A stretch of DNA of 64,000 nt from the NCBI RefSeq assembly GCF_009914755.1, contig NC_060948.1. One strand, given 5' to 3'. Position numbers and translations under genes: made by a program. Source of the DNA: the human T2T-CHM13v2.0 reference genome, Homo sapiens. Shown here in pieces: positions 18,649 through 37,992 of the stretch. The notes beneath the pieces were generated by a model that searched no databases, was not told where the DNA came from, and saw only the letters and a list, made by a program, of their open reading frames with translations. Numbering within the stretch: position 1 is the stretch's first letter; each line of letters starts with the position of its first letter.

Positions 18649-20751
18649 AGATCCATATTTTTTAAATGAAAAAAAATTTCAAAGGTACTCTGCTTGGTAC
18701 AATAATCAAATGTATAAACTGAGGAATAAAACATAACCATGAAACATACTTATAACTGCATATGGAAAATACAGAGGATAATTTTTTAAATAACATATTT
18801 TGAAAGCCTTAACTAGTAATTTGAAGAGTTGGCATTTGAAAGGCCAGTATGAATATACCTTCAAAGCAGCAACACAGGTTCCCCATGAGAAAAAGCAAAC
18901 TCAGGGAAAATAAAACCACAAAGGTTCAATCTCTTCTGACCTTTGAAAGACACAGCACAGACAGTGGTCCTTAGGACGAAGAGCAGGAGACCCCTAATTC
19001 CGTCACCGTGGCGATAGGGCATAAACATTGCTGGGTGAGGGCACAATCCACATTGTGAGGTCCAACTGCTGCCAGGAAGACAGGAGTGCTTTTACATAGA
19101 CCGAAAGGTCATTGAAGGCTCAGAGTTTTGTTTCAAGAACTGAATCCCAAGCCCACACGTTATTAGGCTGCGCTTCTTAAAGCAAGTTATGAGATGGGAA
19201 AAAGGGCACCCACAAACATACGTATACATTATGTATATAATAATATACAGTATCATATATATAATATATATAACCTATGTATAATATTGTTTTACATCCT
19301 GCATCTTATGTTATATATATTGTATAAAATATAATAATTGATAATATATAAGTTTTATATTTATACAATATGACATATAGTATATATTATAATTTATGAC
19401 ATATATAATATATGTTATATATCATATATAGAATATATTATACGGTTAATATACGTATTAAATATAAATTATACATTATATATATTATATATAATATATC
19501 TGTTATATATAATACACATTATGCATAATATATATATTATGTCTATGTTATATATAGTATAAAACAACATATAATAATATATAATTGTATATATAAAATG
19601 CGACATATAATATATATTATATTTTATGACATATGTAATATATATTATATATTATATATAATACGTTGTATATATAATTCCTATATTAAATATATATTAT
19701 ATGACTATGTTATTAATTACATGTCACATATGTTATACATTATATATTTTACATAGAATATACCGGTTACATACAATATATACTATGTTACCTATAATGT
19801 ATAATTTATTACATGTAAAATAAAGAATGCAATATATCATGTATAATTTATAATATACAATATGTGGAATGTGATATATATAACATATAATATATGATAT
19901 ATGATATACAGTATATGATATATAACATACAATATATGATACCTAATATAAATGGTATACAATATATATTTTATGATATGTATTCTATATGTTTTATATT
20001 CTGTTATATATAACTATTTGAAATTATATATAACTGTATAATATTTTATGTAAATATGTAATATAATATATATAACTATATAATATATTATATATAACTA
20101 TATATTATGTTATATATGCTTTTATAATATATTTTACATAAAATATCGTAATATAATATATATTATATTATTTCATATTACATAATACATATTACATATC
20201 ACCCAATATAAGTAACGTACATAATATTATAATATAGATTATATTATGTTATATTAAATATCATATATATCATGTATCATATATTCTATAATATATATTA
20301 TACATTATATAATATGTATGTTGTCTATTATGTGATACATATAACTATATATATAATTATATTATTATACGTATAACTAGATAAACATGTAAATCTACAT
20401 ATTTTCATTTATAATATATAGAATTATATAATCATATATAATTATTTATATTCTATAAAAAATTATATCATTATATAAATTATAATATATAAAAATTATA
20501 ATATATACTACATATATATATTATATATCATATATGATATAGTATCTTTGTTATATATCATAATACATATAAATGTATATTATGTTATCTATAATTATAT
20601 AATTTCATATATAAGATGTATAATATGTATCATATATCTTATATGTTATGTAATATATATAGTATATATAAGCTGACACAGGATAAATATTATATACTAT
20701 GACATATAAAATATATGAGGTTATATGTTACATATAAGGCATAGCACATAA

Positions 20752-21066
<315 letters not shown>

Positions 21067-23192
21067 AGATCCATATTTTTTAAATGAAAAAAAATTTCAA
21101 AGGTACTCTGCTTGGTACAATAATCAAATGTATAAACTGAGGAATAAAACATAACCATGAAACCTACTTATAACTTCATATGGAAAATACAGAGGATAAT
21201 TTTTTAAATAACATATTTTGAAAGCCTTAACTAGTAATTTGCAGAGTTGGCATTTGAAAGGCCAGTATGAATATACCTTCAAAGCAGCAACACAGGTTCC
21301 CCATGAGGAAAAGCAAACTCAGGGAAAATGAAACCACAAAGGTTCAATCTCTTCTGACCTTTGAAAGACACAGCACAGACAGTGGTCCTTAGGACGAAGA
21401 GCAGGAGACCCCTAATTCCGTCACCATGGCGATAGGGCATAAACATTGCTGGGTGAGGGCACAATCCACATTGTGAGGTCCAACTGCTGCCAGGAAGACA
21501 GGAGTGCTTTTACACAGACCGAAAGGTAATTGAAGGCTCAGCGCTTTGTTTCAAGAACTGAATCCCAAGCCCACACGTTATTAGGCTGCGCTTCTTAAAA
21601 CAGGTTATGAGATGGGAAAAAGGGCACCCACAAACATACGTATACATTATGTACATAATAATATACAGTATCATATATATAATATATATAACCTATGTAT
21701 AATATTGTTTTACATCCTGCATCTTATGTTATATATATTGTATAAAATATAATAATTGATAATATATAAGTTTTATATTTATACAATATGACATATAGTA
21801 TATATTATAATTTATGACATATATAATATATGTTATATATCATATATAGAATATATTATACGGTTAATATACGTATTAAATATAAATTATACATTATATA
21901 TATTATATATAATATATCTGTTATATATAATACCCATTATGCATAATATATATATTATATCTATGTTATATATAGCATAAAACAACATATAATAATATAT
22001 AATTGTATATATAAAATGCGACATATAATATATATTATATTTTATGACATATGTAATATATATTATATATTATATATAATACGTTGTATGTATAATACCT
22101 ATATTAAATATATATTATATGACTATGTTATTAATTACATGTCACATATGTTATATATTATATATTTTACATAGAATATACATGTTACATACAATATATA
22201 CTATGTTACCTATAATGTATAATTTATTACATGTAAAATAAAGAATGCAATATATCATGTATAATTTATAATACACAATATGTGGAATATGATATATATA
22301 ACATATAATATATGATATATGATATACAGTATATGATATATAACATACAACATATGATACCTAATATATATGGCATACAATATATATTTTATGATATGTA
22401 TTCTATATGTTTTAAGTTCTGTTATATATAACTTTGAAATTATATATAACTGTATAATATTTTATGTAAATATGTAATATAATATATATAACTATATAAT
22501 ATATTATATATAACTATATATTATGTTATATATACTTTTATAACATAATTTATTTAAAATATCATAATATAATATATATTATATTATTTCATATTACATA
22601 ATATATATTACATATCACCCAATATAAGTAACATACATAATATTATAATATAGATTATATTATGTTATATTAAATATCATATATATCATGTATCATATAT
22701 TCTATAATATATATTATACATTATATAATAAGTATGTTGTCTATTATGTGATATATATAACTATATATATAATTATATTATTATACATATAACTAGATAA
22801 ACATGTAATTCTACATATTTTCATTTATAATATATAGAATTATATAATCATATATTATTATTTATATTCTATAAAAAATTATATCATTATATAAATTATA
22901 ATATATAAAAATTATAATATGTACTACAAATATATATATTATATGTCATATATGATATAGTACCTTTGTTATATATCATAATACATATAAATGTGTATTA
23001 TGTTATCTATAATTATATAATTTCATATATAAGTTGTATAATATGTATCATATATTATATATGTTATGTAATATATATAGTATATATAAGATGACACAGG
23101 ATAAATATTATATACTATGACTTATAAAATATATGAGGTTATATGTTACATATAAGGCATAGCACATAACATGTAATATATATCATATATAA

Positions 23193-23484
23193 TTTTTTTT
23201 TAGACAGAGTCTTGTCCTGTTGCACAGGGTGGGGTACAATGGCGCCATCTTTGCTCACTGCAACATCTGCCTCACGGGTCCAAGAGATTGTCCTCCCTCA
23301 GTCTCCCAGGTAGCTGGGACTACACCACACTGGGACTACAGCAGCTGCCACCATGCCTAGCTAATTTTTTGGATTTTTAGTAGTGACAGCGTTTCACTGT
23401 ATTGGCCAGGATGGTCTTGATCTCTTCACCTTGTGATCCCCTTGCCTTGGCCTCCAAATTTGCTGGGATTACAGGCCTGAGCCA
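23193..23484 (-). mobile_element. Alu remnant, unit 10
   Basis: Same Alu motifs; copy of unit 5. Confidence 0.95.
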
Positions 23485-25587
23485 AGATCCATATTTTTTA
23501 AATGAAAAAAAATTTCAAAGGTACTCTGCTTGGTACAATAATCAAATGTATAAACTGAGGAATAAAACATAACCATGAAACCTACTTATAACTGCATATG
23601 GAAAATACAGAGTATAATTTGTTAAATAACATATTTTGAAAGCCTTAACTAGTAATTTGAAGAGTTGGCATTTGAAAGGCCAGTATGAATATACCTTCAA
23701 AGCAGCAACACAGGTTCCCCATGAGGAAAATCAAACTCAGGGAAAATAAAACCAGAAAGGTTCAATCTCTTCTGACCTTTGAAAGACACAGCACAGACAG
23801 TGGTCCTTAGGACGAAGAGCAGGAGACCCCTAATTCCGTCACCATGGCGATAGGGCATAAACATTGCTGGGTGAGGGCACAATCCACATTGTGAGGTCCA
23901 ACTGCTGCCAGGAAGACAGGAGTGCTTTTACATAGACGGATAGGTCATTGAAGGCTCAGAGTTTTGTTTCAAGAACTGAATCCCAAGCCCACACGTTATT
24001 AGGCTGCGCTTCTTAAAACAGGTTATGAGATGGGAAAAAGGGCACCCACAAACATACGTATACATTATGTATATAATAATATACAGTATCATATATATAA
24101 CATATATAACCTATGTATAATATTGTTTTACATCCTGCATCTTATGTTATATATATTGTATAAAATATAATAATTGATAATATATAAGTTTTATATTTAT
24201 ACAATATGACATATAGTATATATTATAATTTATGACATATATAATATATGTTATATATCATATATAGAATATATTATACGGTTAATATACGTATTAAATA
24301 TAAATTATACATTATATATATTATATATAATATATCTATTATATATAATACCCATTATGCATAATATATATATTATGTCTATGTTATATATAGTATAAAA
24401 CAACATATAATAATATATAATTGTATATATAAAATGCGACATATAATTTATATTATATTTTATGACATATGTAATATATATTATATATTATATATAATAC
24501 GTTGTATGTATAATACCTATATTAAATATATATTATATGACTATGTTATTAATTACATGTCACATATGTTATATATTATATATTTTACATAGAATATACC
24601 GGTTCCATAAAATATATACTATGTTACCTATAATGTATAATTTATTACATGTAAAATAATGAATGCAATATATTATGTATAATTTATAATATACAATATG
24701 TGGAATGTGATATATATAACATATAATATATGATATATGATATACAGTATATGATATATAACATACAATATATGATACCTAATATATATGGCATACAATA
24801 CATATTTTATGATATGTATTCTATATGTTTTATATTCTGTTATATATAATTATTTGAAATTATATATAACTGTATAATATTTTATGTAAATATGTAATAT
24901 AATATATATTACTATATAATATATTATATATAACTATATATTATGTTATATATACTTTTATAACATAATTTACATAAAATATCATAATATAATATATATT
25001 ATATTATTTCATATTACATAATATATATTACATATCACCCAATATAAGTACCATACATAATATTATAATATAGATTATATTATGTTATATTAAATATCAT
25101 ATATATCATGTATCATATATTCTATAATATATATTATACATTATATAATATGTATGTTGTCTATTATGTGATATATATAACTATATATAATTATATTATT
25201 ATACATATAACTAGATAAACATGTAATTCTACATATTTTCATTTATAATATATAGAATTATATAATCATATATAATTATTTATATTCTATAAAAAATTAT
25301 ATCATTATATAAATTATAATATATAAAAATTATAATATGTACTACAAATATATATATTATATATCATATATGATATAGTACCTTTGTCATAGATCATAAT
25401 ACATATAAATGTGTATTATGTTATCTATAATTATATAATTTCATATATAAGATGTATAATATGTATCATATATTATATATGTTATGTAATATATATAGTA
25501 TATATAAGCTGACACAGGATAAATATTATATACTATGACATATAAAATATATGAGGTTATATGTTACATATAAGGCATAGCACATAA

Positions 25588-25902
<315 letters not shown>

Positions 25903-28026
25903 AGATCCATATTTTTTAAATGAAAAAAAATTTCAAAGGTACTCTGCTTGGTACAATAATCAAATGTATAAACTGAGGAATAAAACATCACCATGAAACC
26001 TACTCATAACTGTATACGGAAAATACAGAGGATAATTTTTTAAATAACATATTTTGAAAGCCTTAACTAGTAATTTGAAGAGTTGGCATTTGAAAGGCCA
26101 GTATGAATATACCTTCAAAGCAGCAACACAGGTTCCCCATGAGAAAAAGCAAACTCAGGGAAAATAAAACCACAAAGGTTCAATCTCTTCTGACCTTTGA
26201 AAGACACAGCACAGACAGTGGTCCTTAGGACGAAGAGCAGGAGACCCCTAATTCCGTCACCATGGCGATAGGGCATAAACATTGCTGGGTGAGGGCACAA
26301 TCCACATTGTGAGGTCCAACTGCTGCCAGGAAGACAGGAGTACTTTTACATAGACCGAAAGGTCATTGAAGGCTCAGAGTTTTGTTTCAAGAACTGAATC
26401 CCAAGCCCACACGTTATTAGGCTGCGCTTCTTAAAACAGGTTATGAGATGGGAAAAAGGGAACCCACAAACATACGTATACATTATGTACATAATAATAT
26501 ACAGTATCATATATATAATATATATAACCTATGTATAATATTGTTTTACATCCTGCATCTTATGTTATATATATTGTATAAAATATAATAATTGATAATA
26601 TATAAGTTTTATATTTATACAATATGACATATAGTATATATTATAATTTATGACATATATAATATATGTTATATATCATATATAGAATATATTATACGGT
26701 TAATATACGTATTAAATATAAATTATACATTATATATATTATATATAATATATCTGTTATATATAATACCCATTATGCATAATATATATATTATGTCTAC
26801 GTTATATATAGTATAAAACAACATATAATAATATATAATTGTATATATAAAATGCGACATATAATATATATTATATTTTATGACATATGTAATATATATT
26901 ATATATTATATATAATACGTTGTATGTATAATACTATATTAAATATATATTATATGACTATGTTATTAATTACATGTCACATGTGTTATATATTATATAT
27001 TTTACATAGAATATACCGGTTACATACAATATATAGTATGTTACCTATAATGTATAATTTATTACATGTAAAATAAAGAATGCAATATATTATGTATAAT
27101 TTATAATATACAATATGTGGAATGTCATATATATAACATATAATATATGATATATGATATACAGTATATGATATATAACATACAATATATGATACCTAAT
27201 ATATATGGTATACAATATATATTTTATGATATGTATTCTATATGTTTTATATTCTGTTATATATAACTATTTGAAATTACATATAACTGTATAATATTTT
27301 ATGTAAATATGTAATATAATATATATAACTATATAATATATTATATATAACTATATATTATGTTATATATACTTTTATAACATAATTTACATAATATATC
27401 ATAATATAATGTATATTATATTATTTCATATTACATAATATATATTACATATCACCCAATATAAGTAACATACATAATATTATAATATAGATTATTTTAT
27501 GTTATATTAAATATCATATATATCATGTATCATATATTCTATAATATACATTATACATTATATAATATGTATGTCTAATATGTGATATATATAACTATAT
27601 ATATAATTATATTATTATACATATAACTAGATGAACATGTAATTCTACATATTTTCATTTATAATATATAGAATTATATAATCATATATAATTTTTTATA
27701 GTCTATAAAAAATTATATCATTATATAAATTATAATATATAAAAATTATAATATGTACTACAAATATATATATTATATATCATATATGATATAGTACCTT
27801 TGTTATATATCATAATACATATAAATGTGTATTATGTTATCTATAATTATATAATTTCATATATAAGATGTGTAATATGTATCATATATTATATATGTTA
27901 TGTAATATATATAGTATATATAAGCTGACACAGGATAAATATTATATACTATGACATATAAAATATATGAGGTTATATGTTACATATAAGGCATAGCACA
28001 TAACATGTAATATATATCATATATAA

Positions 28027-28318
<292 letters not shown>

Positions 28319-30419
28319 AGATCCATATTTTTTAAATGAAAAAAAATTTCAAAGGTACTCTGCTTGGTACAATAATCAAATGTATAAACTGAGGAATAAA
28401 ACATAACCATGAAACCTACTTATAACTGCATATGGAAAATACAGAGGATAATTTTTTAAATAACATATTTTGAAAGCCTTAACTAGTAATTTGAAGAGTT
28501 GGCATTTGAAAGGCCAGTATGAATATACCTTCAAAGCAGCAACACAGGTTCCCCATGAGAAAAAGCAAACTCAGGGAAAATAAAACCACAAAGGTTCAAT
28601 CTCTTCTGACCTTTGAAAGACACAGCACAGACAGTGGTCCTTAGGACGAAGAGCAGGAGACCCCTAATTCCGTCACCATGGCGATAGGGCATAAACATTG
28701 CTGGGTGAGGGCACAATCCACATTGTGAGGTCCAACTGCTGCCAGGAAGACAGGAGTGCTTTTACATAGACCGAAAGGTCATTGAAGGCTCAGAGCTTTG
28801 TTTCAAGAACTGAATCCCAAGCCCACACGTTATTAGGCTGCGCTTCTTAAAACAAGTTATGAGATGGAAAAAGGGCACCCACAAACATACGTATACATTA
28901 TGTATATAATAATATACAGTATCATATATATAATATATATAACCTACGTATAATATTGTTTTACATCCTGCATCTTATATTATATATATTGTATAAAATA
29001 TAGTAATTGATAATATATGTTTTATATTTATACAATATGACATATAGTATATATTATAATTTATGACATATATAATATATGTTATATATCATATATAGAA
29101 TATATTATACGGTTAATATACGTATTAAATATAAATTATCCATTATATATATTATAAATAATATATCTGTTATATATAATACCCATTATGCATAATATAT
29201 ATATTATGTCTATGTTATATATAGTATAAAACAACATGTAATAATATATAATTGTATATATAAAATGCGACATATAATATATATTATATTTATGACATAT
29301 GTAATATATATTATATATTATATATAATACGTTGTATGTATAATACCTATATTAAATATATATTATATGACTATGTTATTAATTACATGTCACATATGTT
29401 ATATATTATATATTTTACATAGAATATACGGGTTACATACAATATATACTATGTTACCTATAATGTATAATTTATTACATGTAAAATAAAGAATGCAATC
29501 TATTATGTATAATTTATAATATACAATATGTGGAATGTCATATATATAACATATGATATATGATATATGATATACAGTATATGATATATAACATATAATA
29601 TATGATACCTAATATATATGGTATACAATATATATTTTATGATATGTATCCTATATGTTATATATTCTGTTATATGTAACTATTTGAAATTATATATAAC
29701 TGTATAATATTTTAGGTAAATATGTAATATAATATATATAACTATATAATATATTATATATAACTATATATTATGTTATATATACTTTTATAACATAATT
29801 TACATAAAATATCATAATATAATATATATTATATTATTTCATATTACATAATATATATTACATATCACCCAATATAAGTAACATACATAATATTATAATA
29901 TAGATTATATTATGTTATATTAAATATCATATATATCATGTATCATATATTCTATAATATATATTATACATTATATAATATGTATGTTGTCTATTATGTG
30001 ATATATATAACTATATATATAATTATATTATTATACATATAACTAGATAAACATGTAATTCTACATATTTTCATTTATAATATATAGAATTATATAATCA
30101 TATATAATTTTTTATAGTCTATAAAAAATTATATCATTATATAAATTATAATATATAAAAATTATAATATGTACTACAAATATATATATTATATATCATA
30201 TATGATATAGTACCTTTGTTATATATCATAATACATATAAATGTGTATTATGTTATCTATAATTTTATAATTTCATGTATAAGATTTATAATATGTATCA
30301 TATATTATATATGTTATGTAATATATATAGTATATATAAGCTGACACAGGATAAATATTATATACTATGACATATAAAATATATGAGGTTATATGTTACA
30401 TATAAGGCATAGCACATAA

Positions 30420-30734
<315 letters not shown>

Positions 30735-32858
30735 AGATCCATATTTTTTAAATGAAAAAAAATTTCAAAGGTACTCTGCTTGGTACAATAATCAAATGTA
30801 TAAACTGAGGAATAAAACATAACCATGAAACCTACTTATAACTGCATATGGAAAATAAAGAGGATAATTTTTTAAATAACATATTTTGAAAGCCTTAACT
30901 AGTAATTTGAAGAGTTGGCATGGGAAAGGCCAGTATGAATATACCTTCAAAGCAGCAACACAGGTTCCCCATGAGAAAAAGCAAACTCAGGGAAAATAAA
31001 ACCACAAAGGTTCAATCTCTTCTGACCTTTGAAAGACACAGCACAGACAGTGGTCCTTAGGACGAAGAGCAGGAGACCCCTAATTCCGTCACCATGGCGA
31101 TAGGGCATAAACATTGCTGGGTAAGAGCACAATCCACATTGTGAGGTCCAACTGCTGCCAGAAAGAGAGGAGTGCTTTTACATAGACCGAAAGGTCATTG
31201 AACGCTCAGAGTTTTGTTTCAAGAACTGAATCCCAAGCCCACACGTTATTATGCTGCGCTTCTTAAAACAAGTTATGAGATGGGAAAAAGGGCACCCACA
31301 AACATACGTATACATTATGTATATAATAATATACAGTATCATATATATAATATATATAACCTATGTATAATATTGTTTTACATCTTGCATCTTATGTTAT
31401 ATATATTGTATAAAATATAATAATTGATAATATATGTTTTATATTTATACAATATGACATATAGTATATATTATAATTTATGACATATATAATATATGTT
31501 TTATATCATATATAGAATATATTATACGGTTAATATACGTATTAAATATAAATTATACATTATATATATTATATATAATATATCTGTTATATATAATACC
31601 CATTATGCATAATATATATATTATGTCTATGTTATATATAGTATAAAACAACATATAATAATATATAGTTGTATATATAAAATGCGACATATAATATATA
31701 TTATATTTTATGACATATGTAATATATATTATATATTATATATAATACGTTGTATGTATAATACCTATATTAAATATATATTATATGACTATGTTATTAA
31801 TTACATATCACATATGTTATATATTATATATTTTACATAGAATATACGGGTTACATACAATATATACAATGTTACATATAATGTATAATTTATTACATGT
31901 AAAATAAAGAATGCAATATATTATGTATAATTTATAATATACAATATGTGGAATGTGATATATATAACATATAATATATGATATATGATATACAGTATAT
32001 GATATATAACATACAATATATGATACCTAATATATATGGTATAAAATATATATTTTATGATAGGTATTCTATATGTTATATATTCTGTTATATATAACTA
32101 TTTGAAATTATATATAACTGTATAATATTTTATGTAAATATGTAATATAATATATATAACTATATAATATATTATATATAACTATATATTATGTTATATA
32201 TACTTTTATAACATAATTACATAAAATATCATCATATAATATATATTATATTATTTCATATTACATAATATATATTACATATCACCCAATATAAGTAACA
32301 TACATAATATTATACTATAGATTATATTATGTTATATTAAATATCATATATATCATGTATCATATATTCTATAATATATATTATACATTATATAATAAGT
32401 ATGTTGTCTATTATGTGATATATATAACTATATATATAATTATATTATTATACATATAACTAGATAAACGTGTAATTCTACATATTTTCATTTATAATAT
32501 ATAGAATTATATAATCATATATAATTATTTATATTCTATAAAAAATTATATCTTTATATAAATTATAATATATAAAAATTATAATATGTACTACAAATAT
32601 ATATATTATATATCATATATGATATAGTACTTTGTTTTATATCATAATACATATAAATGTGTATTATGTTATCTATAATTATATAATTTCATATATAAGA
32701 TGTATAATATGTATTATTTATTATATATGTTATGTAATATATATAGTATATATAAGCTGACACAGGATAAATATTATATACTATGACATATAAAATATAT
32801 GAGGTTATATGTTACATATAAGGCATAGCACGTAACATGTAATATATATCACATATAA

Positions 32859-33150
32859 TTTTTTTTTAGACAGAGTCTTGTCCTGTTGCACAGGGTGGAG
32901 TACAATGGCGCCATCTTTGCTCACTGCAACATCTGCCTCACGGTTCCAAGCGATTGTCCTCCCTCAGCCTCCCAGGAAGCTGGGACTACACCACACTGGG
33001 ACTACACCAGCTGCCACCATGCCTAGCTAATTTTTTGGATTTTTAATAGTGACAGCGTTTCAGTGTATTGGCCAGGATGGTCTTGATCTCTTCACCTTGT
33101 GATCCCCTTGCCTTGGCCTCCAAATTTGCTGGGATTACAGGCCTGAGCCA
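32859..33150 (-). mobile_element. Alu remnant, unit 14
   Basis: Same Alu motifs as unit 1. Confidence 0.95.
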
Positions 33151-35257
33151 AGATCCATATTTTTTAAATGAAAAAAAATTTCAAAGGTACTCTGCTTGGT
33201 ACAATAATCAAATGTATAAACTGAGGAATAAAACATAACCATGAAACCTACTTATAACTGCATATGGAAAATACAGAGGATAATTTTTTAAATAACATAT
33301 TTTGAAAGCCTTAACTAGTAATTTGAAGAGTTGGCATTTGAAAGGCCAGTATGAATATACCTTCAAAGCAGCAACACAGTTTCCCCATGAGAAAAAGCAA
33401 ACTCAGGGAAAATAAAACCACAAAGGTTCAATCTCTTCTGACCTTTGAAAGACACAGCACAGACAGTGGTCCTTAGGACGAAGAGCAGGAGACCCCTAAT
33501 TCCGTCACCATGGCGATAGGGCATAAACATTGCAGGGTAAGAGCACAATCCACATTGTGAGGTCCAACTGCTGCCAGGAAGACAGGAGTGCTTTTACATA
33601 GACCGAAAGGTCATTGAAGGCTCAGAGTTTTGTTTCAAGAACTGAATCCCAAGCCCACACGTTATTAGGCTGCGTTTCTTAAAACAAGTTATGAGATGGG
33701 AAAAAGGGCACCCACAAACATACGTATACATTATGTATATAATAATATACAGTATCATATATATAATATATATAACCTATGTATAATATTGTTTTACATC
33801 CTGCATCTTATGTTATATATATTGAATAAAATATATTAGTTGATAATATATAAGTTTTATATTTATACAATATGACATATACTATATATATTATAATTTA
33901 TGACATATATAATATATGTTATATATCATATATAGAATATATTATACGGTTAATATACGTATTAAATATAAATTATACATTATATATATTATATATAATA
34001 TATCTGTTATATATAATACCCATTATGCATAATATATATATTATGTCTATGTTATATATAGTATAAAACAACATATAATAATATATAATTGTATATATAA
34101 AATGCGACATATAATATATATTATATTTTATGACATAGGTAATATATATTATATATTATATATAATACGTTGTATGTATAATACCTATATTAAATATATA
34201 TTATATGACTATGTTATTAATTACATATCACATATGTTATTTATTATATATTTTACATAGAATATACCGGTTACATACAATATATACTATGTTACCTATA
34301 ATGTATTATTTATTACATGTAAAATAAATAATGCAATATATTATGTATAATTTATAATATACAATATGTGGAATGTGATATATATAACATATAATATATG
34401 ATATATGATATACAGTTTATGATATATAACATACAATATATAATACCTAATATATATGGTATACAATATATATTTTATGATATGTATTCTATATGTTTTA
34501 TATTCTGTTATATATAACTATTTGAAATTATATATAACTGTATAATATTTTATGTAAATATGTAATATAATATATATAACTATATAATATATTATATATA
34601 ACTATATATTATGTTATATATACTTTTATAACATAATTTACATAAAATATCGTAATATAATATATATTATATTATTTCATGTTACATAATATATATTACA
34701 TATCACCCAATATAAGTAACATACGTAATATTATAATATAGATTATGTTATGTTATATTAAATATCATATATATCATGTATCATATATTCTATAATATAT
34801 ATTATACATTATATAATATGTATGTTGTCTATTATGTGACATATATAACTATATATATAATTATATTATTATACATATAACTAGATAAACATGTAATTCT
34901 ACATATTTTCATTTATAATATATAGAATTATATAATCATATATAATTATTTATATTCTATAAAAAATTATATCATTATATAAATTATAATATATAAAAAT
35001 TATAATATGTACTACAAATATATATATTATATATCATGTATGATATAGTACCTTTGTTATATATCATAATACATATAAATGTGTATTATGTTATCAATAA
35101 TTATATAATTTCATATATAAGATGTATAATATGTATTATATATTATATACGTTATGTAATATATATAGTATATATAAGATGACACAGGATAAATATTATA
35201 TACTATGACATATAAAATACATGAGGTTATATGTTACATATAAGGCATAGCACATAA

Positions 35258-35572
<315 letters not shown>

Positions 35573-37700
35573 AGATCCATATTTTTTAAATGAAAAAAAA
35601 TTTCAAAGGTACTCTGCTTGGTACAATAATCAAATGTATAAACTGAGGAATAAAACATAACCATGAAACCTACTTATAACTGCATATGGAAAATACAGAG
35701 GATAATTTTTTAAATAACATATTTTGAAAGCCTTAACTAGTAATTTGAAGAGTTGGCATTTGAAAGGCCAGTATGAATATACCTTCAAAGCAGCAACACA
35801 GGTTCCCCATGAGAAAAAGCAAACTCAGGGAAAATAAAACCATAAAGGTTCAATCTCTTCTGACCTTTGAAAGACACAGCACAGACAGTGGTCCTTAGGA
35901 CGAAGAGCAGGAGACCCCTAATTCCGTCACCATGGCGATAGGGCATAAACATTGCTGGGTGAGGGCACAATCCACATTGTGAGGTCCAACTGCTGCCAGG
36001 AAGACAGGAGTGCTTTTACATAGACCGAAAGGTCATTGAAGGCTCCGAGTTTTGTTTCAAGAACTGAATCCCAAGCCCACACGTTATTAGGCTGCGCTTC
36101 TTAAAACATGTTATGAGATGGGAAAAAGGGCACCCACAAACATACGTATACATTATGTATATAATAATATACAGTATCATATATATAATATATATAACCT
36201 ATGTATAATATTGTTTTACATCCTGCATCTTATATTATATATATTGTATAAAATATAATAATTGATAATATATAAGTTTTATATTTATACAATATGACAT
36301 ATAGTACATATTATAATTTATGACATATATAATGTATGTTATATATCATATATAGAATATATTATACGCTTAATATACGTATTACATATAAATTATACAT
36401 TATATATATTATATATAATATATCTGTTATATATAATACCCATTATGCATAATATATATATTATGTCTATGTTATATATAGTATAAAACAACATATCATA
36501 ATATATACTTGTATATATAAAATGCGACATATAATATATATTATATTTTATGACATATGTAATATATATTATATATTATATATAATACATTGTATGTATA
36601 ATACCTATATTAAATATATATTATATGACTATGTTATTAATTACATGTCACATAAGTTATATATTATATATTTTACATAGAATGTACCGGTTACATACAA
36701 TATATACTATGTTACCTATAATGTATAATTTATTACATGTAAAATAAAGAATGCAATATATTATGTATAATTTATAATATACAATATGTGGAATGTGATA
36801 TATATAACATATAATATATGTTATATGATATACAGTATATGATATATAACATACAATATATGATACCTAACATATATGGTATACAATATATATTTTATGA
36901 TATGTATTCCCTATGTTTTATATTCTGTTATATATAACTATTTGAAATTATATATAACTGTATAATATTTTATGTAAATATGTAATATAATATATATAAC
37001 TATATAATATATTATATATAACTATATATTATGTTATATATACTTTTATAACATAATTTACATAAAATATCATAATATAATATATATTATATTATTTCAT
37101 ATTACGTAATATATATTACATATCACCCAATATAAGTAACATACATAATATTATAATATAGATTATATTATGTTATATTAAATCTCATATATATCATGTA
37201 TCATATATTCTATAATATATATTATACATTATATAATATGTATGTTGTCTATTATATGATATATATAACTATATATATAATTATATTATTATACATATAA
37301 CTAGATAAACATGTAATTCTACATATTTTCATTTATAATATGTAGAATTATATAATCATATATAATTATTTATATTCTATAAAAAGTTATATCATTATAT
37401 AAATTATAATATATAAAAATTATAATATGTACTACAAATATATATGTTATATATCATATATGATATAGTACCTTTTTTATATATCATAATACATATAAAT
37501 GTGTTTTATGTTATCTATAATTATATAATTTCATATATAAGATGTATAATATGTATTATATATTATATATGTTATGTAATATATATAGTATATATAAGAT
37601 GACAGAGGATAAATATTATATACTATGACATATAAAATATATGAGGTTATATGTTACACATAAGGCATAGCACATAACATGTAATATATATCATCTATAA

Positions 37701-37992
<292 letters not shown>
